Shown piece after piece: positions 57,184 through 64,000 of a DNA stretch of 64,000 nucleotides. A program made the position numbers and the translations under genes. This DNA is from Spirochaetia bacterium. Lineage in GTDB: Bacteria > Spirochaetota > Spirochaetia > CADAEX01. The first letter of the stretch is position 1. Each line of letters begins with the position of its first letter. The notes under the pieces are model-generated. The model was not told the origin of the DNA and ran no database searches. It worked only from the letters and a program-made list of their open reading frames with translations. The stretch spans positions 1,216,001 to 1,280,000 of the forward strand of contig OY759746.1 in assembly GCA_963662795.1 (NCBI GenBank), given 5' to 3'.

Positions 57184-58265
57184 TTTGCCCCCTGAAGTTT
57201 TATTGTCACACTGTTCTTCTGGAAAAACTCACCCATTATGAGAAATACAAGAATTATGCCGTTGAATATATTTACAGTGGCAGCCGGCAGATTAAGTGAA
57301 ATCTGGATTGCATCTCCTCCGACAAGTATTCCGGCGAAGAAAAGCCCGGAAATAATTGCCGTGACCGGGTTCAGCCTTGAAAGCCAGGCGACAATAATCG
57401 CGGTAAAGCCGTAGCCTGAGCTTATTGATTCAGGATATGTCAGATGGTGGTGAAGCCCTGCTACCTCTCCGACTCCCGCAAGCCCGGCAAGACCTCCGCT
57501 TATGACCATTATAATAATTGTGGTTCTGTAAAAATCAATTCCCGCGTATCTTGCCGCCTCCTGGTTCTCCCCGATGACCCTCACTTCATACCCGAATCTG
57601 GTCCTGAATAAAAGGACATATACCAAAGCAGAAACTGCCAAAGCAATAATCAGCGTGACAAAGTGGATCCTTGAATTGCCAAAAAGGGCAAGCTGCGCTG
57701 TTTCGGGAAAATCATCGGTATAGGGAAAGCCGAACTGGGTTTTACCCTTCCAGGGGCCAATAACAAGCATTTTTATGAACTCTGCCCCGACATAATTAAG
57801 CATAAGGGTTGAGATAACCTCATTTATCCCGAACCTTACACGCAGTATCGCGGGGACAATTCCCCATAGCGCCCCGGCGATAAACCCTCCCGTAAACATG
57901 AGAATAACCGCGGCCCATCCGGGAAGGGAGGCTGCCCAGGTTAACGCAATCCAGGTGGCGGCGGCAGCCCCGGCCAACAGCTGGCTTTCAGCGCCGATGT
58001 TCCAGAATTTACCGCGGTAGGCTATGGTAAGCCCTGCTGCGATAAGGATCAACGGTATTGATTTTGTTACAGTTTCCTTGAATCCGTACATGGAACCGAA
58101 TGAGCCGCTGAATATCTTGTATATCGCGAAAAAAGGGTTTACCCCTTTCGCCAGAAAGACAATCCCTATTGCCGCAAGCCCCGCAAGAAGGGAAGCGGCA
58201 AGAATCAGGTTTGATACAAGCGGTTTTTCATTTTCGCGGGGTGAAACATCAATTCTAAGCATCAC
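57171..58265 (-). CDS. Nucleoside/sugar ABC permease (NupB-like)
   Basis: WNIGAESQ, NEVISTLMLNY, GENQEAARYAGI, GYGFTAIIVA. Confidence 0.9.
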   Translation of the reverse strand: MMLRIDVSPRENEKPLVSNLILAASLLAGLAAIGIVFLAKGVNPFFAIYKIFSGSFGSMYGFKETVTKSIPLILIAAGLTIAYRGKFWNIGAESQLLAGAAAATWIALTWAASLPGWAAVILMFTGGFIAGALWGIVPAILRVRFGINEVISTLMLNYVGAEFIKMLVIGPWKGKTQFGFPYTDDFPETAQLALFGNSRIHFVTLIIALAVSALVYVLLFRTRFGYEVRVIGENQEAARYAGIDFYRTTIIIMVISGGLAGLAGVGEVAGLHHHLTYPESISSGYGFTAIIVAWLSRLNPVTAIISGLFFAGILVGGDAIQISLNLPAATVNIFNGIILVFLIMGEFFQKNSVTIKLQGAKWNR

Positions 58266-59794
58266 TCTGCCTCCTGCACAGGAAGCCTCAGGGAACCTGT
58301 CATCATAAGTCCTATATCCTTTATATCAGCATCTCCCGCCTTAAGTATTCCCATAAATTCTCCCTTGAAAATTACAGCAATCCTGTCGCAAATCTCAAAA
58401 AGCTCTTCAAGGTCTTCCGAAACAAGAAGAACACCGCCCCCCTCTTCCCGCCTTGCGAGAATCTGCCGCCTGATATATTCAGTGGCCCCGATATCAAGCC
58501 CGTAGGTCGGATGAGAGGCTACCAGAAGAGCCGGCTTGCTCTCTATCTCCCGGCCTATAATCAGTTTCTGTATGTTGCCCCCGGATAATGATTTAATCGG
58601 GACATTAATGGAAGGCGTTGAAATATTATACCGCTCGACAATATTTTCCGTATGGTTTTTTATCAGGTCATAGTCAAGAAACATCAGCCGGGAAAAAGGT
58701 TTTGAGTGGTGTTTTTTAAGAATTGCGTTCTCGTATATGAAAAGATTGGGAACAATTCCGAACTTTATCCTCTCTTCAGGGACATGGGTAATACCTCTTG
58801 TGTTTACGACACGGGCAGACTTGTTTGTAATCGCGTCATCTTCAAGTATTATCTCGCCGGAGGAGGACCGTCTCAAACCTGTTATGGCTTCGACCAGCTC
58901 CCTTTGTCCGTTACCCGAAACTCCGGCTATGCCGAAGACCTCATTGCGGTAGACCGAAAAGGAAAGACCGTTTACTGCCGTATTTCCCCTGTCCCCATTG
59001 ACAATCAGATCCTTTACCTCAAGTACCCGCTCCCCCCTTTCAAGAGGCGCCTTGTCAAATCTGAGGTCAACATCACGGCCGACCATCATCCGGGCGAGCT
59101 CTTTTTTATCAACATCGCCGATATCCGCCCCGCCGACAGTAATACCCTTTCTTATTACAGCTACTCTGCTGCAAATCTCCATAATTTCATCAAGTTTATG
59201 GCTGATAAGAATAATTGAGTGCCCGTCATCTGCCATCTTTCTGATTATCCCGAAAAGGTCTTTCGATTCCTGGGGAGTAAGTACGCTTGTAGGTTCATCC
59301 ATGATAAGGAGATCTGCCTCAAGAAAGAGAGCCTTAAGGATTTCCACCCGCTGCTGTTCCCCGGCAGAAAGTTCCCATATTTTCTTGTCAGGATCAATTT
59401 TCATGTCAAACCGCTGTGAAAAGCCTGATATCTTTTTTCTTATATAATTATCCGGGAAAAAGAACGGAACATCATCAAGTCCGAGCGCGATATTTTCCGC
59501 TACTGTGTGGTTCTGCACAAGCATGAAATGCTGATGTATCATGCCTATCCCGGCCCTCATGCTGTCTTTTGGATTTTTTATCCTTGCATCTTCTCCGTTG
59601 ATTATAATCTGACCGGCATCCGGCCTGTAAAGTCCGTAAAGAATATTCATCAGAGTTGTTTTGCCTGCCCCGTTTTCACCGAGCAGCCCCAGCACTTCGC
59701 CGGATGAAATTTTAAGGTTTATATCTTTGTTGGCGTAAAAACCATGAAAGGATTTTGTTATTCCCCTCATTTCAAGGTCATTTATCTTCCGCAC
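58262..59794 (-). CDS. Nucleoside/sugar ABC ATPase with two NBDs (NupA-like)
   Basis: GENGAGKTT, HQHFMLV, DEPTSVLT, GVSGNGQ, LSGGNIQK. Confidence 0.92.
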   Translation of the reverse strand: MRKINDLEMRGITKSFHGFYANKDINLKISSGEVLGLLGENGAGKTTLMNILYGLYRPDAGQIIINGEDARIKNPKDSMRAGIGMIHQHFMLVQNHTVAENIALGLDDVPFFFPDNYIRKKISGFSQRFDMKIDPDKKIWELSAGEQQRVEILKALFLEADLLIMDEPTSVLTPQESKDLFGIIRKMADDGHSIILISHKLDEIMEICSRVAVIRKGITVGGADIGDVDKKELARMMVGRDVDLRFDKAPLERGERVLEVKDLIVNGDRGNTAVNGLSFSVYRNEVFGIAGVSGNGQRELVEAITGLRRSSSGEIILEDDAITNKSARVVNTRGITHVPEERIKFGIVPNLFIYENAILKKHHSKPFSRLMFLDYDLIKNHTENIVERYNISTPSINVPIKSLSGGNIQKLIIGREIESKPALLVASHPTYGLDIGATEYIRRQILARREEGGGVLLVSEDLEELFEICDRIAVIFKGEFMGILKAGDADIKDIGLMMTGSLRLPVQEAE

Positions 59795-59948
59795 ACGGGG
59801 TCTCCTGATAAGGAATTTTAAATTATAAAAAAGTGTATTTTATTTGCAGTGTTTTTTCAATCTTGCTTGCGGATAATGCCGGACTTATTTACATACTATT
59901 GTAAACATGAGTAATATTATGTAAGTATTATCAGAAGGGGAATTGAAG

Positions 59949-60479
59949 ATGAAAATATCAGCTTTAATTTTATTGCCTCTTGTTATAACCGGCTGCGCTG
60001 GAATACCTGAAGGTATAAAACCTGTAGACGGTTTTGAACTTGAAAAATACCTGGGCAAATGGTACGAAGCGGCCCGCCTTGACCACTCTTTTGAGAGGGG
60101 CCTTGACAATGTAACGGCAGAATATTCACTTCGAAAAGACGGAAAGGTAAAAGTCCTTAACAGGGGGTTTTCAGCTTCAAAGGGCAGGTGGGAGACAGCT
60201 GAAGGAAAGGCCAAATTTGCGGAAAAACAGGATCAGGGATTTTTAAAGGTATCTTTTTTCGGCCCCTTTTACGGTTCCTATGTTATCTTTGAACTTGACA
60301 TGGATAACTACAATTACGCTTTTGTATCCGGCCCCGACACATCATACCTGTGGCTTCTCTCAAGGGTACCGGATCCTGACAGGGAAATAATTGATAAGTT
60401 TATAAAAAAAGCAGGTGATCTTGGTTTTAATACAGACAATCTGATTTTTGTAAAACAGGATTTAAATGGAGGTAAATGA
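59949..60479 (+). CDS. blc: Lipoprotein lipocalin Blc
   Basis: Lipobox ITGC, YLGKWYEAARLDHSFERG, LKVSFFGPFYGSY, YLWLLSR. Confidence 0.92.
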   Translation: MKISALILLPLVITGCAGIPEGIKPVDGFELEKYLGKWYEAARLDHSFERGLDNVTAEYSLRKDGKVKVLNRGFSASKGRWETAEGKAKFAEKQDQGFLKVSFFGPFYGSYVIFELDMDNYNYAFVSGPDTSYLWLLSRVPDPDREIIDKFIKKAGDLGFNTDNLIFVKQDLNGGK

Positions 60480-61186
60480 TGATAGCGCTGCCGATAGCAG
60501 GAAGTTCCAAAACATATGCGGTTGACCCTTCAAAGATAATCGCACTGGGCCTTAACTATCACACTCATATCGCCGAGAGCAAAACAGTGAATGTCCAGGG
60601 GTTTTCAGGAGAAGTACCGGAAGAACCGGTTCTTTTTGCAAAGACCCCCAACGTGCTTGCGGGGAATGGGCAGGCGATAATAATACCCTCTTTTATCAGA
60701 GAATATAAATTCGCCCTACCCAGGGTGGACTATGAAGCGGAGCTTGCGTTAATAATAAGCAGGCAATGCAAAAACGTATCCCCTGATGATGCCTATGATT
60801 ATATTTTAGGCTATACCTGCTTCAACGATGTAAGTCAGAGAAATTTCCAGAAAGATGACAAGGCAGGATGGTTCAGGGGTAAATCTCTTGACACCTTCGG
60901 CCCGGTCGGCCCGCGCCTTGTACTTGCGGATGACCTTCCGGACCCCATGAATCTTGATTTAAAGTGCCGTCTGAACGGCAGGATTGTTCAGGATTCAAAT
61001 ACAAAATACATGATCTTCGGGATTCCTGAAATTGTGGCCTTTGTCTCCAAAAATTTTACCCTTGAGCCGGGTGATATAATCCTCACAGGAACTCCTGCAG
61101 GGGTGGGGCCGATGAAACACGGGGATATAGTGGAAGTCGAGATCGAGAAGATCGGCAAGCTTTCAAATCCTGTAGTGGAAGAATGA
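60476..61186 (+). CDS. Fumarylacetoacetate hydrolase family protein
   Basis: KIIALGLNY, DYEAELA, FNDVSQR, GKSLDTF, TGTPAGVG. Confidence 0.92.
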   Translation: MMIALPIAGSSKTYAVDPSKIIALGLNYHTHIAESKTVNVQGFSGEVPEEPVLFAKTPNVLAGNGQAIIIPSFIREYKFALPRVDYEAELALIISRQCKNVSPDDAYDYILGYTCFNDVSQRNFQKDDKAGWFRGKSLDTFGPVGPRLVLADDLPDPMNLDLKCRLNGRIVQDSNTKYMIFGIPEIVAFVSKNFTLEPGDIILTGTPAGVGPMKHGDIVEVEIEKIGKLSNPVVEE

Positions 61187-61202
61187 TATTCTCCCGGCAG
61201 GA

Positions 61203-62606
61203 TTATTCCTCTATTCCATATTGCCTGAAAAGATTCAGAATTGATTTCTGCGGCCCCTTTAGTTCTAGTTTAATGTTTTTTGTTTTAAGGTAGGTGTAGA
61301 TATTGAGGAGGGAGAGAATGCTTTCCTTGTCGATCTGCCTGATCTGCGAGAGATTGAGGACTATCTTCCGGGATTCCCTTTTTATTTCAAGTTTAAGAAT
61401 CTGCTTGAGGTAGAGCATATTGTTTATCGTGAGGTTCCCCTTGAGATGGAATTCTCCGGTACGGCTGCCGTCCATCATTATGCAGAAGGGATTGACCATT
61501 TTTTTGACTTTTATTTTTGTCTTCCGGCTGTCGACAAGCTGTTCAAGGATTTCATTGGTATCCCGGAGCCTCTGCACCAGGCCCTGTATAAGTTCCAGAA
61601 ACCAGTCCGGGATGTTGTAGATGTTGTTATAAAACTCCCTGATATCTATTACATAGACCACGCTTGTCTGGTCCGCTTTAACAGTGGCAGATCTCGCCCC
61701 CTGTTTTATAAGGGACATCTCCCCGATTACATCGCCTGTTTTGGCGTCCGCAAGTTTTACTTTATTTACTGATGTTTCCCTGTAGACTGAAAACGAACCT
61801 GTTTTAACAACATACATTAGGTCGCCGGGATCGCCCTGCCGGATAAGAATTTCGCTGCTTTCAACCCTTTTTGTCGGAATTGCGGTTGTCGTGAGTATGT
61901 CCTGTATACCCTTTATGGTAAGGACTTTATCCCTTATCAGCTGAATATTTTCAACCTTTATTATTAAATCATCCCTGAGGGGACTGGAGGTAAGATTAAG
62001 GAGAAAATTCATTCCTGCCTGATCTATATCGATGACTCCGGAAAAATCGAGAGTCAGCTCCTTTTCCTGTTTCAATTTCAGTTCCCGGATCTTTTTTTTG
62101 ACTTGTTCAACGCCTTTCTCTGTAAGTATCCCCTTAAGAAAAATACTGCCCGGTTTTTTACTGATATCCTGGCTCATTTCAAAATAATCAATTTTATCAT
62201 TTACCGGTTTTTCCATGGATTTATTTTCAGGAGGGCTGATCATGAAATTACCAAGTATTTCTGTTGTTTTTCTGATTCTCCTTACAAGAACTTTGGCAAT
62301 ACTCACAGCCCAGTTGGAAAGGCCAAGGCTGTTGTCTGACAGGATATCTGGGGTTATCATGCTTGCCATTACAGATGATTCAGCTATAACTGTCGCAGTC
62401 CGTGCTATGCCTGTAAGAAAGGACATTTCCCCGATATAATGGCCCGCATAAAGCCTGGTAAGATGAATAAGCTTCTCATCCTTGTTTATGTATACACTTA
62501 CTGAACCGGAGCGGATTATATACATTTCCCGGGATGTATCGCCGGTTTTAAATATCTCATCCCCTTCTTCAAAGCGGACAAGCCTTGTTTTAAGTGTTTC
62601 TTCCAT
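61203..62606 (-). CDS. Tandem cNMP-binding/STAS protein (cNMP-STAS-cNMP-STAS)
   Basis: GEMSFLTGIARTATV and GEMSLIKQGARSATV; STAS-like LKGIL...LDFSGVIDIDQAG and LKGNL...LNLSQIRQIDKES. Confidence 0.8.
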   Translation of the reverse strand: MEETLKTRLVRFEEGDEIFKTGDTSREMYIIRSGSVSVYINKDEKLIHLTRLYAGHYIGEMSFLTGIARTATVIAESSVMASMITPDILSDNSLGLSNWAVSIAKVLVRRIRKTTEILGNFMISPPENKSMEKPVNDKIDYFEMSQDISKKPGSIFLKGILTEKGVEQVKKKIRELKLKQEKELTLDFSGVIDIDQAGMNFLLNLTSSPLRDDLIIKVENIQLIRDKVLTIKGIQDILTTTAIPTKRVESSEILIRQGDPGDLMYVVKTGSFSVYRETSVNKVKLADAKTGDVIGEMSLIKQGARSATVKADQTSVVYVIDIREFYNNIYNIPDWFLELIQGLVQRLRDTNEILEQLVDSRKTKIKVKKMVNPFCIMMDGSRTGEFHLKGNLTINNMLYLKQILKLEIKRESRKIVLNLSQIRQIDKESILSLLNIYTYLKTKNIKLELKGPQKSILNLFRQYGIEE

Positions 62607-62613
62607 AAGCTAT

Positions 62614-62642
62614 ACTATAGGTTCCGGATTTGCAGTTGTCAA
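62614..62642 (-). promoter_or_regulatory. Sigma70 promoter of the cNMP-STAS gene
   Basis: Reverse complement reads TTGACA-17 nt-TATAGT-7 nt-ATG. Confidence 0.7.
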
Positions 62643-62711
62643 TTGTGAAACAGATTCAGGTATTTTTTAAGCAAGAGAATAATATCGGGTAAATTTCATT
62701 TATTTTTTCTT

Positions 62712-63419
62712 TTACTTTTGTGTATTGCTTAAAGGAACCCGGTTAAGCTCATCCCTCAGCTGTTTCCAGTCCGGCAGATACGATGAAAGGATCGTTTTAA
62801 AGTTGCTGTTGTGAAGTCTTTCAAAGTAATGAGTCATCTCATGTACGACAACATACTCAAGACAGTGTTTCGGTTTTTTTGCGAGTTCGAGGTTGAGCCA
62901 GATCTTTTTCTTTTTTATGTTACAGCTGCCCCACCTTGTTTTCATCTGCCTGATCCTGATCTCTCCCGCGCTTATCCCCATTTTCTTTTCCCATCCGGCT
63001 ACAATAGCGGAAAGCTGTTTTTTCATCTCCCTGCGGTAAAAGGCATTCATTACCTCGTGCCGTTTTTCCACTCCGCTGCCTGGTTTAACGTAAAGGGCAA
63101 GAGAATCTCCCCGCACCTCAACCTTTGCGCGCCCCGCTGTTTCGATTACATCAAGGAAGTATCTCTTTCCCTGGAAGAAATGGCACTCCCTGTTTTTATA
63201 CTCCCTTTCGGCAAGCTTCTCATAGCCTGCGAATTTAAGCTGCCGCCTTTTTATCCAGGGAAGCTTTGATATCACAAACTGCCTGACCTTATCGTCGCTT
63301 ACCCTTGCCGGTGCTGAAACCCTGACCCTTCCGTCCGCCGCATAGATAGTCAGACGGATGGTTTTAACATCTTTTTTAGTGAGCTCAATTGTGATGTCAT
63401 TGATTGTAATCTGTTTCAT
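62712..63419 (-). CDS. YgjP/DUF45 (SprT/M48-like) zinc metallohydrolase
   Basis: MKTRWGSC, IWLNLEL, EYVVVHEMTH...HNSNF. Confidence 0.9.
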   Translation of the reverse strand: MKQITINDITIELTKKDVKTIRLTIYAADGRVRVSAPARVSDDKVRQFVISKLPWIKRRQLKFAGYEKLAEREYKNRECHFFQGKRYFLDVIETAGRAKVEVRGDSLALYVKPGSGVEKRHEVMNAFYRREMKKQLSAIVAGWEKKMGISAGEIRIRQMKTRWGSCNIKKKKIWLNLELAKKPKHCLEYVVVHEMTHYFERLHNSNFKTILSSYLPDWKQLRDELNRVPLSNTQK

Positions 63420-63437
63420 AAATAACGCATCAAATAA

Positions 63438-64000
63438 TCAGGAATTAATGCCGTTGCGGATTCTCTCAAGCTCATCAGCCATAACCTGACGGCTTTTCCG
63501 TGCAAGCTCTTCCGGCTTCTCTCCAGGTGTGACAGGGATTGGAGGAAGGATGTGGATGGTGATGTCCCTCCTCTTGTTCAGGAGAAAACCCTTTTTGGGA
63601 AGAATCTGGTAAGGGCCGTCAATTACGACAGGAAGCAGGGCAGTGCCGGTGCCTGACGCTGACTTGAATGCCCCTTTTTTGTATTCTCCGATTTCTCCGT
63701 CTTTTGTTCTTGTCCCTTCAGGGAAGACAAGAATGGAGTCCCCGTTCTTCATCATTTTTTCCATCCGGCGGATTGCGCTGAACTGGCTTTTTATTTTCTT
63801 CCGGTCAACCATTATGTGGCCGCTTAGGAAAAGGTTCCATCCTACAATCGGAACAAACGCAAGTGCCATTTTACCGATCATCTTTACGGGATAGAAAAGA
63901 CGGAAAGCGATTAATACATCGATAAGAGACTGATGATTCATTATTACAACATGAGGTTTTTTCCTGTCAAGATGTTCCTTTCCCTGAAGTTCAACTTTCC
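63438..64000 (-). CDS. plsC: 1-acyl-sn-glycerol-3-phosphate acyltransferase (5' end outside window)
   Basis: Frame open to window edge (KVELQGKEHLDRKKPHVVIM), NHQSLID, VFPEGTR, KKGAF. Confidence 0.92.
   Translation of the reverse strand, partial: KVELQGKEHLDRKKPHVVIMNHQSLIDVLIAFRLFYPVKMIGKMALAFVPIVGWNLFLSGHIMVDRKKIKSQFSAIRRMEKMMKNGDSILVFPEGTRTKDGEIGEYKKGAFKSASGTGTALLPVVIDGPYQILPKKGFLLNKRRDITIHILPPIPVTPGEKPEELARKSRQVMADELERIRNGINS

Noticed and set aside
62712-63419. YgjP-like gene as a marker of a type I restriction or defence locus
   Set aside because: No hsd or other defence genes adjacent; it follows plsC
1-64000. tRNA, rRNA, CRISPR array, prophage or intact transposase
   Set aside because: None recognised by eye; intergenic gaps are short. 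A covariance-model scan would be needed to exclude small RNAs

Overview
Bacterial chromosomal window, standard genetic code, most likely from a spirochaete (inferred from an archaeal-type long PheS, a long-form thymidine kinase, CheX, and 'LFAGG' signal peptides on binding proteins). No rRNA, tRNA or CRISPR array was seen. Left part: rlmKL-TIGR00300-pheS, with a 152-bp MITE-like insertion that appears to sit in the -10 box of their promoter; tdk, a P-loop kinase and a NUDIX hydrolase; an orphan sensor kinase; and an AfuABC/FbpABC-like ABC operon with RpiR and HAD genes. Centre: a complete citrate-fermentation locus (citCDEF, tctCBA, fused citXG, LysR, oadGAB). It is preceded by a beta-propeller/Y_Y_Y-HisKA_3 sensor with a NarL-type regulator and a candidate palindromic operator instead of CitAB. 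It is interrupted by a CheY-CheX-membrane-bound CheA-like module. It also carries a synonymously diverged duplicate of the last 12 oadA codons. Next is an AT-richer potassium region: KdpDE without kdpABC, three KtrB and two KtrA genes (one KtrB has a voltage-sensor-like N-terminus), plus VapC, IS481, MutS-like and ZnuB remnants. Right part: aminotransferase, EndoQ-like, EamA, extended Lnt, PRTase, nucleoside ABC transporter, Blc, FAH, a tandem cNMP-STAS-cNMP-STAS protein, YgjP-like and partial plsC. All calls come from motif recognition by eye; no searches were run.
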